DNA of 64,000 nt from Sedimentisphaerales bacterium (GTDB lineage: Bacteria; Planctomycetota; Phycisphaerae; Sedimentisphaerales; SM23-30), in NCBI GenBank assembly GCA_963666285.1, contig OY762711.1, one strand, 5' to 3'. The notes beneath the pieces were generated by a model, which was not told where the DNA came from, did not search any database, and saw only the letters and a list, made by a program, of their open reading frames with translations. The first letter of the stretch is position 1. Each line of letters opens with the position of its first letter. Below, one piece after another: positions 22,444 to 32,692 of this stretch. Position numbers and translations under genes: made by a program.

Positions 22444-22612
22444 TTTCGTACTTTTGTCTGTTCAACGTTATCCGCAAAGGTCAGAACAGGGCCTTGTGAA
22501 TGCAAATTGGATTTTTTTATCATTTTCGAGGCTAAATCTCGAAAGTATATTTAATTCAAACTGCAACAAGAAGGCCCTTTTAGGCGTTTATTGCAACTTG
22601 AAAAGTGCGAAA
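22444..22612 (+). ncRNA. Candidate structured RNA: long imperfect hairpin with central bubble
   Basis: Nested stems tttcgtactttt/aaaagtgcgaaa, agggcctt/aaggccct, ttggatt/aattcaa, tttcgag/ctcgaaa; several mismatches become G-U pairs on the + strand. Confidence 0.4.
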
Positions 22613-22670
22613 GTAAACTTTTGATAAATAATGATTAATGAATGTTAAAGCTTAATTCAGGTATATATCA

Positions 22671-24164
22671 ATGTTTGGAACATTTGGATTATTAAATTCT
22701 GTAGTGCTGCTGGTTTACCTGGCGGGTATGGTAGGTATAGGTTTGATATTTTCGCGCAGACAGACCAGTACAGAGGAGTTTTTCCTGGCCGGTCGTCGCA
22801 TGCCGTGGCTGGTAGTGGGAATGAGCATGTTTGCCTCACTGACCAGTGCTTCGACATATCTTGGAGTGCCGGGGATGGCATATGGCGAAAATACGGCGGT
22901 ATTTTTTGGTGTGCTGATAAGCCCGATAGTTGCACCGCTGCTGATATTTACTTTCTACCCGGTCTATCGCAGACTGAATGTAACAACATGTTATGAGTTT
23001 ATCGAGGTTCGATACGGCCGGTTGGCCAGGCTGACAGTTTCAGGTTTGTTTGTGCTGGCCAGGCTGTCATGGCTGGGAGTTGTAATCTATGGCCCGGCAT
23101 TGGCGATGAATGTTGCTACAGGAATGAGTTTATCTTTGGCAATATTACTTATGGGGGTATTGGCGACATTGTATACGGTGCTGGGCGGGCTGGCTGCGGT
23201 ATTGTGGACAGATGCGGTCCAGTTTGTTATTTTAGTAGTAGGGGCGATCTGGGTGGCTATTTGCCTGGCAGGTGAGGTTCCGGGCGGTGTCAACGGGATA
23301 ATCAAGGTTGGCGAGCAGCAGGGTCATCTGACACATTTTACCGGTGAGGTAAGTTTGTTCAAGTTTACTGCGATAGCAGCGATGGTGTCGTGGTTTTTTG
23401 TCTTTATGCATGACTATGGCGCAGACCAGGTGACGGTGCAGCGGCTGATGGCGACAAAGGACCTGAAGTCAACGGCGCGTGCGGTATTGTTTAACTCATT
23501 CAGTGATATTGGCATTAACGGGCTGCTGCTGTTTATCGGATTGGGGTTGTTTGCCTTTTACCAGGTGAATGAGCTGCCAGAGGGGATAAGCGGAGATAGG
23601 GTAATGCCGTATTATATAATGCATACGCTGCCGGATGGCGTGTCGGGGCTGCTGCTGACCGCGATCTTTGCCGCGGCGATGTCTAGTATGGATTCCGGTA
23701 TTAATTCTATCAGTACCGTGGTCGTGAGCGATTTTGTAAAACCGTTGCGAAAGGTTGCAGCTGCCGAATCGAAAGATATAATGCTGGCAAGGGTGCTGAC
23801 CATTGTTTTGGGGGTACTAGCGACGGGTGCTGCGTTTTATGCTTCTACTATCGATTCGATTGTAGAGGCGTGGAGTTCGTTTATGTCTCTTTTTGCCGGA
23901 CCGATACTGGCGATATTTCTGCTGGGGCTGCTTTGGAAGCGGGCAAGCTTTGGCGGTTGGCTGGTTGGTTGTGTAGTGTCTATTACGCTTGGTTTTATAA
24001 TTCAAAGTGAAGATTTATATGCCAAAATATTTGACTGTCCGTCGGTACATTGGTCATGGTATATGCCTATCTCATTTTTGAGTTGTTTTGTGATAGGAGG
24101 GATTAGCAGTTTAATCTTTCCTGTCAAAAGAAGGAATAATAACGAAATCAGGCAGAAAATCTGA
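22671..24164 (+). CDS. Sodium:solute symporter (SSS family)
   Basis: FFLAGRRMPW, GGLAAVLWTDAVQ, DQVTVQR, AAAMSSMDSGINS; many TM helices. Confidence 0.9.
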   Translation: MFGTFGLLNSVVLLVYLAGMVGIGLIFSRRQTSTEEFFLAGRRMPWLVVGMSMFASLTSASTYLGVPGMAYGENTAVFFGVLISPIVAPLLIFTFYPVYRRLNVTTCYEFIEVRYGRLARLTVSGLFVLARLSWLGVVIYGPALAMNVATGMSLSLAILLMGVLATLYTVLGGLAAVLWTDAVQFVILVVGAIWVAICLAGEVPGGVNGIIKVGEQQGHLTHFTGEVSLFKFTAIAAMVSWFFVFMHDYGADQVTVQRLMATKDLKSTARAVLFNSFSDIGINGLLLFIGLGLFAFYQVNELPEGISGDRVMPYYIMHTLPDGVSGLLLTAIFAAAMSSMDSGINSISTVVVSDFVKPLRKVAAAESKDIMLARVLTIVLGVLATGAAFYASTIDSIVEAWSSFMSLFAGPILAIFLLGLLWKRASFGGWLVGCVVSITLGFIIQSEDLYAKIFDCPSVHWSWYMPISFLSCFVIGGISSLIFPVKRRNNNEIRQKI

Positions 24165-24186
24165 TATTTATTATAAGAAATGTAAT

Positions 24187-25674
24187 ATGACAATTGAAAG
24201 GATTATCATGTTAGATATACACCTGATAAAAATAAGAGTTGTGAGTCTTTTTGTATTTTTTGCGTTATGTTTTTCATTATCGGCAGCAGAAAATAAAAAA
24301 AAGCCTAATTTTCTGTTTATCCTTGCTGACGATTTCGGCTGGACCGACGCGGCTTGTTTTGGCAGTAAGTTTTATGAAACTCCGTCGCTGGATAAACTGG
24401 CGGCAGAGGGTATGAAATTTACCAATGCTTATGCGGCTTGTCCGGTATGTTCTCCGACCAGGGCAAGTATTCTGACGGGTAAATATCCTGCCAGGCTGGA
24501 TACTACTGATTGGTTTGGAGCGCCGCAGCCATCGACAGCAAAAAATCACTGGACTAAAAATAAGCCGTTGCTGCCGGCAGTATATAAAGAATATTTGCCG
24601 CATGAGGAAGTTACTCTGGCCGAGGCATTCAAGGCGGGAGGGTATGCCACCTTTTTTGCCGGTAAATGGCATTTGGGTCATAGTGAAGAATATTGGCCGG
24701 AGAATCATGGTTTTGATATTAATAAAGGCGGTTGGGCGAGCGGCAGTCCAAGTGGAAAGGGCAAGTATTTCCCACCGTATGGGAATCCCAGGTTGACAGA
24801 TGGGCCAAAAGGCGAGCATTTACCGGACAGGCTGGCGACTGAGACAATAAATTTTATGAAGAGTAAGAAGGATAGCCCATTTTTGGCGTATCTGTCTTTC
24901 TATTCGGTTCATAATCCGCAGGTAGGGCGTGAAGATTTGATCGCAAAATATAAGGCGAAGAAAAAAGAGATGGGTTTAGAAGTAAAATGGGGCCAAGAAG
25001 GTGATCGGAAGGTACGCCTGGTGCAGGAGCATGCCGTTTATGCGGCTATGGTGGAGGGGATGGATATGGCTATAGGCAAGGTTCTTAACGCACTTGAGGA
25101 TATGGGGCTGGCAGATAATACAGTCGTATTTTTTATGAGCGATAATGGCGGACTGAGTACTTCAGAGGGACAGCCGACTAGTAATTTGCCGTTGCGCTGT
25201 GGTAAAGGCTGGCTGTATGAGGGCGGTATTCGCGAGCCAATGATTGTGAAATGGCCGGGAGTTACCAGGGCTGGGGCCGTTACAGATTCGGTTGTAACCA
25301 GTACCGATTTTTACCCTACAATGCTGGAGATAGCCGGGTTGAGAGAGGTAGCCGGTCAAAATTACGACGGTAAGAGTTTTGTTCCTGTTTTGAGAGGTGA
25401 GAATGTGTCCCGTGGAGCTGTATTCTGGCATTATCCGCATTATGGCAATCAGGGCGGATCGCCGGGCAGTGCGATACGAGATGGAAAATGGAAGCTGATC
25501 CGATTTTATGAGGATATGCATGTAGAACTATATGATCTGGATGATGATATTGGCGAGACAAATAATCTGGCGGAAGAGCGACCGGAAATTGTCAGGGAGT
25601 TGAATAGCAAGCTTGATAAATGGCTGGATGAGGTTGATGCCAAGTATCCGAGCTCTAATCCAAATAAAAAGTAA
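24187..25674 (+). CDS. Secreted sulfatase (S1, Cys-type)
   Basis: PNFLFILADD, CSPTRASILTG, GKWHLG, SDNGG; start may be ATG 24208. Confidence 0.92.
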   Translation: MTIERIIMLDIHLIKIRVVSLFVFFALCFSLSAAENKKKPNFLFILADDFGWTDAACFGSKFYETPSLDKLAAEGMKFTNAYAACPVCSPTRASILTGKYPARLDTTDWFGAPQPSTAKNHWTKNKPLLPAVYKEYLPHEEVTLAEAFKAGGYATFFAGKWHLGHSEEYWPENHGFDINKGGWASGSPSGKGKYFPPYGNPRLTDGPKGEHLPDRLATETINFMKSKKDSPFLAYLSFYSVHNPQVGREDLIAKYKAKKKEMGLEVKWGQEGDRKVRLVQEHAVYAAMVEGMDMAIGKVLNALEDMGLADNTVVFFMSDNGGLSTSEGQPTSNLPLRCGKGWLYEGGIREPMIVKWPGVTRAGAVTDSVVTSTDFYPTMLEIAGLREVAGQNYDGKSFVPVLRGENVSRGAVFWHYPHYGNQGGSPGSAIRDGKWKLIRFYEDMHVELYDLDDDIGETNNLAEERPEIVRELNSKLDKWLDEVDAKYPSSNPNKK

Positions 25675-25752
25675 TCGTTATCCGGTAAAACTCTGTAATA
25701 CAATCTTGAAATTATTTGCAAAAAGACGTTTAAGTCATTATTCTTAAATGTC

Positions 25753-27759
25753 ATGAAGACAAATAATTTATCAGAGCTAACGGTTCGTTCGATACTATTG
25801 GGCGTGATTTTATCAATTATTCTGGCCGCGGCAAATGCGTATTTAGGTTTGTTTGCCGGGATGACGGTTTCTGCTTCAATACCGGCGGCGGTAATCTCAA
25901 TGGGTATATTGCGGTTACTGAAAAGGGGCAATATTCTGGAGAATAATATTGTTCAGACGGCAGCATCAGCGGGCGAGTCTGTGGCGGCGGGAGTGATTTT
26001 TACAATGCCTGCCCTGGTGATGATGGGATTCTGGGAGAATTTTGACTATCTATGGGTTACACTTATTGCCGGTTTTGGCGGTATTTTGGGTGTGTTATTT
26101 ACTATTCCGCTGCGTCGCAGCCTGATTATTGAAGAGAAACTGCAGTTTCCGGAAGGTGTAGCTACTGCCGAGGTGCTAGAGACCGGCCAGGAGGGTGGTT
26201 CCGGTGTTTGGATAATAGCGAAGGCCGCAGCAGCTGGGGCATTGTTCAAGCTTGGAGCGGGTAAGCTGTTGGGATTTTTCCCTGAGGCCCTGGAAGGAGC
26301 AACATCAATCGGTAAGTCTGTTTTTTATGTCGGTTCCAATCTTAGCCCGGCGCTTTTGTCGGTTGGATATATAGTTGGATTGAATATAGCGGTGCTGGTT
26401 TTTCTGGGCGGTGCGTTAAACTGGTTTGTAGCGGTGCCGATTGTGTCGCATTTTGAGGGAGGCTGCCCGGAAGGAGTAAGTGCTGTAGGTTGGTCGTATG
26501 ATATATGGAGGGAGCATACTCGTTACCTGGGGGTAGGTGCGATGCTGGTGGGCGGAGTCTGGACGATAATCCAGATGCGAAAATCGCTTCTGGGCGGTGT
26601 ATTGGGCGGCTTGCGGGCGTATAAGAAAATTGCCGGTAATGATGGTTCGCAGGCAATAGATCGTTGTGAGCAGGATGTGCCGATGAAATGGGTTTTGATC
26701 GCTGTGGTTGCGTCTATTGTGCCGCTGTTTCTGGTTTACCAGGTATTTGTCCAGCAGGTGCATGTATCGCTGGTGATGTCTTTTATAATGATCATAACCG
26801 GATTTGTATTTTCAGCGGTAGCAGGATATATGGCCGGGCTGGTGGGTTCGTCAAATAACCCTATTTCCGGAGTGACGATTTCGACAGTGCTGGTGTCATC
26901 ACTATTGCTGTTGCTGCTGATGGGTTCGGGAGCAGAGAATGGTCCGGCAGCCGCGATAATAATAGGTAGTGTGGTATGTTGTGCCGCTGCGATTGCCGGT
27001 GATAATTTGCAGGATTTGAAGGCCGGGCACATAGTAGGAGCAACTCCCTGGAAGCAGCAGGTAATGCAGATAGTAGGAGTGGTTGCCGGAGCGATGGTAA
27101 TGGCTCCGGTTTTGGGACTGCTGCAGCATGCATATGGCTTTGAAGGTATGGATGGTGCCGGTAAAGATGCGTTAGCGTGTCCGCAGGCATCGTTGATGAA
27201 GGCTGTGTCGCAAGGTGTATTTAAGAATGATTTGCAATGGGGATATATTTCTGTGGGGGCTGTGATCGCATTGGTTGTAATAATACTGGATATTGTACAG
27301 AAGAAACGAGAGTCATCATTCCGTTTACCTGTACTGGCAGTTGCGATAGGAGTTTATCTGCCGTTCGAGATGTCTGTGCCAATTCTGCTCGGTGGCCTGA
27401 TACATTGGATTATCAAGCGAGCTCAGAAAAAGCGGAATTTGTCAAAAGAGAATGTTGTAGATTCAGATCGCCGCGGGTTGTTGTTTGCTTCCGGTCTGAT
27501 AACAGGCGAAGCGATAATGGGTATCCTGCTGGCGATTCCGATTGTGACAATGATAAAAGTGTATGAAATACCAAAGAATGCTTTTCCGATGCTGAAGCAG
27601 GGTGAATCCGGTTGGCTGCCGGGTTGGTGGAGTGCTGCAAATGAACATGCATCTAATTTCAGCGGATCACTGCTTGCTGAAATTATGGGTGCGGCTCTTC
27701 TGATAGCCGTTGTTTTCTGGATGATAAAAGTAACTTTAAAGGTTGATTCGGATAGGTGA
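25753..27759 (+). CDS. OPT family oligopeptide transporter
   Basis: NAYLGLFAGMTVSASIPAAVIS, ENNIVQT, FPEGVATAEVL, SSNNPISG, DNLQDLKAGH. Confidence 0.9.
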   Translation: MKTNNLSELTVRSILLGVILSIILAAANAYLGLFAGMTVSASIPAAVISMGILRLLKRGNILENNIVQTAASAGESVAAGVIFTMPALVMMGFWENFDYLWVTLIAGFGGILGVLFTIPLRRSLIIEEKLQFPEGVATAEVLETGQEGGSGVWIIAKAAAAGALFKLGAGKLLGFFPEALEGATSIGKSVFYVGSNLSPALLSVGYIVGLNIAVLVFLGGALNWFVAVPIVSHFEGGCPEGVSAVGWSYDIWREHTRYLGVGAMLVGGVWTIIQMRKSLLGGVLGGLRAYKKIAGNDGSQAIDRCEQDVPMKWVLIAVVASIVPLFLVYQVFVQQVHVSLVMSFIMIITGFVFSAVAGYMAGLVGSSNNPISGVTISTVLVSSLLLLLLMGSGAENGPAAAIIIGSVVCCAAAIAGDNLQDLKAGHIVGATPWKQQVMQIVGVVAGAMVMAPVLGLLQHAYGFEGMDGAGKDALACPQASLMKAVSQGVFKNDLQWGYISVGAVIALVVIILDIVQKKRESSFRLPVLAVAIGVYLPFEMSVPILLGGLIHWIIKRAQKKRNLSKENVVDSDRRGLLFASGLITGEAIMGILLAIPIVTMIKVYEIPKNAFPMLKQGESGWLPGWWSAANEHASNFSGSLLAEIMGAALLIAVVFWMIKVTLKVDSDR

Positions 27760-29831
27760 AAATGATGAAAATATTTGAAATAGGCAAGTTTGTGGTTTTG
27801 TTCTGGGCCAGTGTGGCTTTGGCTGATTTTTCGCTTTATGTGTCACCTGATGGGGATGATATCGATGGCGGAGAAGGCCCGGACAGGTCAGTAAGGACTG
27901 TTCAGCGGGCAATTGAACTTGCCAGGAGAGTACAAGATAAGCCGGTGACAGTATATTTAAGTGACGGTGTATATGAGATCAGGGAGCCATTACGGTTCGG
28001 TGTAGAAGACAACAGGGCGGAGGACTGCCCGCTAATAGTTAAGCCATTAGGAAAAAATGCACCAGTTATCTCAGGTGGTCAAAAAATTATCGGCTGGCAG
28101 AAGCAGGCTAATGGCATGTGGACAACGCAGATTGATGTGGTAAAGGAAGGAAAATGGTATTTTACCCAGTTGTTTGTAAATGGTCAGCGTTGTCAACGGG
28201 CAAAGTCGCCTAATAATGGTTTTTTCCGTGTTGCTGGTTTTCCGGAAGGCGGGCGTGAAACTGATTGTTTTAAGAAAAGCCAAAGTTTTGAATTCAAGCC
28301 GGGTGATATCAAGCATGACTGGCAAAATCTGGGTGATGTAGAGGTCATTATTTATCATTTCTGGACTGATACACATCTGCCTGTCGAGTCGGTAGATGCC
28401 CAAAAGAATATCGTTTCATTTAAATATAAATCCGGTAAGGTATTTACTGATGATTATACAAACAATGGTGCCCGTTATATTGTTGAAAATGTGTATGAGG
28501 AGCTGGATATAGCAGGCGAGTGGTACCTGGACAGGCAGACCGGTGTATTGAGTTATATGCCGAAGCCTGGTGAGGATATAAGCACGATTGATGCCTGTGC
28601 TCCATTATCGCCAGCGCTGGTTACAATGAATGGAGATGCTATCGGTAACAACCCTCTGGCAAATATCCGTTTTGAAAGCATTGATTTTGCATATACTAAC
28701 TATTTTCTGCCGCCTGGAAACTGTAATGATGCACAGGGCAGCAGCAGTGTGCCGGCTGCAATAACATTGAAAGGGTGCAGTGATATTGTTTTTAATAACT
28801 GTACTATTAGGAATATTGGAACGTTTGCCTTTGATATTGGTGAAGGCTGCCGCAATGTGAAGATGGTTGGTAACCAGATGGTAGATCTTGGCGGAGGTGG
28901 CGTTAGAGTTAATGGTGGTAATGAAAGCTCTCATCCGCTATTGAGGACTGGTAATAATATTATTAAGAATAATATTATAGGACCATATGGCACAGTTTAT
29001 TCTTCTGCGGTGGGCGTGTTGCTGATGCATACCTTTGGTAATGAAGTAAGTCATAATGAGATACATCATGGCTGGTATACCGGGGTATCTATTGGTTGGC
29101 ATTGGGGGTATCAGCGGAGTATAAGCCGGGATAACCTGATAGATTATAATCATATCCATCATATTGGCCAGGGGTTGCTTTCAGATATGGGTGCAGTCTA
29201 CACTTTAGGGATTTCGCCTGGTACAAAAATAAGAAATAATCTTATACATGATATTGATGCCAATCATTACGGCGGATGGGGGATATATAATGATGAAGGT
29301 TCAAGTCATATCCTGGTAGAGAACAACATAGTATATAATACTAAATTTGCAGGTTATAACATTCATTATGCCAAGGAGATAACAGTTCGAAATAATATTT
29401 TTGCCTTTGGCCGATTGCAGCAGCTTAGTCGAAGTCGGGTAGAACCACATAAGAGCTGTTTCTTTGAAAATAATATAGTATATTTTACCGAAGGAAAACT
29501 TTTAGATAACAGATGGCGTGATAAGTCCTATAAGTTTTATTATCACCCTAATCATCCTGAGGGACGTGATACACATAGTACATTTGATATGGACTGGAAC
29601 ATATACTATAATCCAGGAAAGGAACTAGAAAATATTACCTTTAACGGACTTTCATTTTCGGAGTGGCAAAAAACCGGTAAAGATATGCATTCATTGTACT
29701 TAGATCCAAAATTTGAAGATGTTGATAAGTATGATTTTCGCCTGAAGAATGATTCACCAGCGTTGGAACTTGGTTTTAAGTCAATAGATATGACTACCGT
29801 TGGGCCTGAGAATGATGAAATGTTAAAATAG
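27756..29831 (+). CDS. Secreted right-handed beta-helix protein (GH141-like/pectin-lyase fold)
   Basis: YVSPDGDD, PVISGG, GEWYLD, DMGAVYTLG, WGIYNDEGS motifs; 4-bp GTGA overlap with the OPT gene. Confidence 0.7.
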   Translation: MKMMKIFEIGKFVVLFWASVALADFSLYVSPDGDDIDGGEGPDRSVRTVQRAIELARRVQDKPVTVYLSDGVYEIREPLRFGVEDNRAEDCPLIVKPLGKNAPVISGGQKIIGWQKQANGMWTTQIDVVKEGKWYFTQLFVNGQRCQRAKSPNNGFFRVAGFPEGGRETDCFKKSQSFEFKPGDIKHDWQNLGDVEVIIYHFWTDTHLPVESVDAQKNIVSFKYKSGKVFTDDYTNNGARYIVENVYEELDIAGEWYLDRQTGVLSYMPKPGEDISTIDACAPLSPALVTMNGDAIGNNPLANIRFESIDFAYTNYFLPPGNCNDAQGSSSVPAAITLKGCSDIVFNNCTIRNIGTFAFDIGEGCRNVKMVGNQMVDLGGGGVRVNGGNESSHPLLRTGNNIIKNNIIGPYGTVYSSAVGVLLMHTFGNEVSHNEIHHGWYTGVSIGWHWGYQRSISRDNLIDYNHIHHIGQGLLSDMGAVYTLGISPGTKIRNNLIHDIDANHYGGWGIYNDEGSSHILVENNIVYNTKFAGYNIHYAKEITVRNNIFAFGRLQQLSRSRVEPHKSCFFENNIVYFTEGKLLDNRWRDKSYKFYYHPNHPEGRDTHSTFDMDWNIYYNPGKELENITFNGLSFSEWQKTGKDMHSLYLDPKFEDVDKYDFRLKNDSPALELGFKSIDMTTVGPENDEMLK

Positions 29832-29965
29832 GATGAATTTTTCTGTTCTGTAAGGCTTTGTTTGACAGTGCCTTATATTTTGTTTTAAGTAAGGTAGTCA
29901 TTTTGACGATAAGCATTTTAAGACGATAGAAAAGCAATTTTCAACCTTATTAGCAGGAATTAGAG

Positions 29966-30130
29966 ATGGCAGTAACAATAATGTGTCCGAACTTACGATG
30001 CCGTAAGATACTTATGATACCTGATTCGATGCGAGGATCACGTGTTAGATGTACATATTGTGGAATGGTATTACGAGTACCAAAGCCTACGGTAACTGCA
30101 TCTGGATTTAAGAAAAAAGGTGAAAAATAG
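29966..30130 (+). CDS. Small zinc-ribbon protein, 54 aa (not in ORF track)
   Basis: MAVTIMCPNLRCRKILMIPDSMRGSRVRCTYCGMVLRVPKPTVTASGFKKKGEK*; Cx4C...Cx2C; AGGA upstream. Confidence 0.75.
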   Translation: MAVTIMCPNLRCRKILMIPDSMRGSRVRCTYCGMVLRVPKPTVTASGFKKKGEK

Positions 30131-30227
30131 CATTTCTGTTGTTTTGCAATGAAATTGTAGTGTGTAGTGAAGATTCATATCTAAGTATTTTAAGTCAAAA
30201 GGTTTAAAACCAAGATTATTTTTATTC

Positions 30228-30257
30228 TTGACATGTGTTCTATTAAATAGATACAAT
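30228..30257 (+). promoter_or_regulatory. Sigma70-type promoter upstream of ispE
   Basis: TTGACA-N18-TACAAT. Confidence 0.5.
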
Positions 30258-30371
30258 AATTTTTTAGACTTGATATTCAATGAGTGCAAAAATATCTGAT
30301 TAATGTATAGAATGTGTATTTATTGTATTTGCGACCCAATTTATGTGGTCATAATTTGATAAGGATTTTTT

Positions 30372-31292
30372 TTGCTGGAATCACCTAGAGACAGTATTCA
30401 CGGCCAGAAAGTGATAGAAATAGAAAGCCCGGCGAAGTTGAATTTGTCTTTGCTGGTTTATGGCAAGCGTAAGGATGGTTTTCATGAACTCCATTCAATA
30501 ATGGCGGCCCTTCGTTTTGCAGATCGTCTGGTAATAAGCCCTAGTTCTGATCCCGGGATAATACTTGAGATATCCGGGTTGAAGGAGTCTGTTCCTACTG
30601 GGCCGGAAAACCTTATATGTCGGGCGGCAAATCTGCTAGAAGGATATATGGATAAACCTCAGGGTGCGGTAATACAATTGGAGAAGAATATTCCCGCCGG
30701 TGGCGGGTTGGGTGGCGCCAGTGGAAATGCAGCGGCCGCCCTGATTGGCCTAAACCAGTTGTGGAATTTGAAATTGCCAAAAGAAGAACTGGCCACATTA
30801 GCTGCGAGGATAGGCAGTGATGTAGCATTTTTTCTGTATACTCCTCTGGCGGAATGCCAGGGAAGAGGAGAAATAGTCAGGAAGCTTGAAGGTGGTTTAA
30901 CTAAAAAGGTTTTGTTAATACTGCCCGGCATCCACGTTAGTACAGCAGAAGTATATAAAAATTATAAATATGATTCATCGCTGGTAAATGCCCGGCGAGT
31001 AGTAATAGATAATTTAGTTAAATCAGGCGATTTTGACGGTTTGTTTGAGTTGGGAATAAACTCACTGCTTCCGGTAACGATGAACTATGTTCCCGGACTT
31101 GATCGCTTGAGAGAAGAGATCGAATTTGTTCTTGGCAAAAAGATATTTATGTCAGGTAGTGGTTCAACACTATATTTATGTGGAGATGGTGAAGATGAAC
31201 TGCAAGGCTATGTTGACAAGATAAAAAAAGGAGATCTAGGTGAGTGTTGTGATTTTATATTGACTGAGTTTATGTCGCTCAGAGGAAATTAA
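30372..31292 (+). CDS. ispE: 4-diphosphocytidyl-2-C-methyl-D-erythritol kinase
   Basis: PAKLNLSL, DGFHEL, KNIPAGGGLGGASGNAA, IGSDVAFF, MSGSGS. Confidence 0.93.
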   Translation: MLESPRDSIHGQKVIEIESPAKLNLSLLVYGKRKDGFHELHSIMAALRFADRLVISPSSDPGIILEISGLKESVPTGPENLICRAANLLEGYMDKPQGAVIQLEKNIPAGGGLGGASGNAAAALIGLNQLWNLKLPKEELATLAARIGSDVAFFLYTPLAECQGRGEIVRKLEGGLTKKVLLILPGIHVSTAEVYKNYKYDSSLVNARRVVIDNLVKSGDFDGLFELGINSLLPVTMNYVPGLDRLREEIEFVLGKKIFMSGSGSTLYLCGDGEDELQGYVDKIKKGDLGECCDFILTEFMSLRGN

Positions 31293-31453
31293 ATTGTAGA
31301 AAGAAAGTGATCTAAATTAGAAAAATTCTTTCTTAATTCATGTTAAGTTTATTTAATAAAAAGCGGGCAAATATTCTAATTCGTTTAGTACGAGAAGTTT
31401 GTTCTTTTTATTATATTTGTTGAATCTCTAATATAAGGTCTGGAGGTAACTGC

Positions 31454-31945
31454 ATGGAGATTACAGATGTAAGGATAAAACTGGCAACAAGTGATAGAGA
31501 TAATTTGCGGGCATATTGCACAATAATAATCGATGATTCTTTTGTTGTTACAGATTTGAAGGTAGTTGATGGGAATAAGGGTATGTTTGTATCAATGCCA
31601 TCACGTAAAGTGATGGAAAAATGTCCGAAATGCCACTCGAAAAATCATATTCGTGCCAGGTTTTGCAATGATTGCGGAAAGAAGCTTAATAACGATCATT
31701 CCAGGCATGTTTCTGATAAAAGACTTTATGTTGATATGGCTCATCCAATCAAAGCTGACTGTCGTCAGCAAATAGTAAAGGCTGTGCTCGATGCATACTA
31801 TCAGGAATGCAAGCAGGCCGGTATGTCAGCCAGTAATTCTGACAGAGTCGATGAAATAGAAGATGATATTGTTGATTTTGATACCAAGACCGGCCAGATA
31901 GATCCAAGTGGTCTGGATTCCGATGACGATCTGATGTTTTCATAA
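31454..31945 (+). CDS. spoVG: SpoVG family protein with zinc-ribbon insertion and acidic tail
   Basis: MEITDVRI, FVVTDLKVVDG, GMFVSMPSRK, DMAHPI; inserted CPKC...CNDC; GGAGG RBS. Confidence 0.88.
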   Translation: MEITDVRIKLATSDRDNLRAYCTIIIDDSFVVTDLKVVDGNKGMFVSMPSRKVMEKCPKCHSKNHIRARFCNDCGKKLNNDHSRHVSDKRLYVDMAHPIKADCRQQIVKAVLDAYYQECKQAGMSASNSDRVDEIEDDIVDFDTKTGQIDPSGLDSDDDLMFS

Positions 31946-32692
31946 AGCTCGTAATTTATAATTAGTCAGGGCTAGTAATCTTTAGGATAACTAGTCGTTA
32001 TGGCTGTTGTTATTAGACTGAGTTCTGGCGACCATTAGTCCAATCTTCTTGATATCTATTTTGATACTGGATCGATGGATAATCTGCCATGCGAAAATTT
32101 TAATGATAGATACCTGCTGTATGTCGAGAAGGAATAAGACTGCATACATTATCAGGTATTTAACACTATCTGTATAGGAAAAGGAGATATCGCTCCAGAT
32201 AGATAGACCTATCATTAAAAGCCTGTAAATCCAGACAAAAATAATAATTGAAATTCTTTTTTTATTATAAAAGTTACTTATCACAGTTTTCAAAGATTGA
32301 AGTGATCTTGTATTATGTTTTGTTAAATCTGATAAAACTGTATAAGGTAGGTAATGACAATAGTGGTCTAGTTTTGCAGCGTTTTGTTATTAAAAGTGTT
32401 ACATTGAAGTGTAAAAGTTGTGCTGATAGGTTAAATTTTCTTTATTTTTAATGTTGCTATTATCATTTCCAGTTATCTGTTTTTGCTTCTGTATAAATCG
32501 GGAATATTATTAGCGTCTGAGAGATTGCGGTGTGGAATGTATGTCTGATAAAGCTGATATAGGAGTTCTAATTATTTATTTTCCTCAAGTTGGTAATGAA
32601 AATAGCTGAAAATGTGTAATAGATTGTGGGTTTATTTAAACAAAAATATACATATTATTCAAACTTACGCATCACTGGAGGAATTGAAAACA

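Noticed and set aside
4111..24164. Two ORFs both ending IRQKI* (ggcagaaaatctgata at ~4110 minus and ~24150 plus)
   Set aside because: Short match that does not extend; probably coincidence
31946..32100. tRNA sometimes found after ispE-spoVG
   Set aside because: No cloverleaf or T-loop consensus visible
31991..32451. 100-aa (-) and 67-aa (+) ORFs after spoVG
   Set aside because: AT-rich, no convincing RBS or motif; likely chance ORFs
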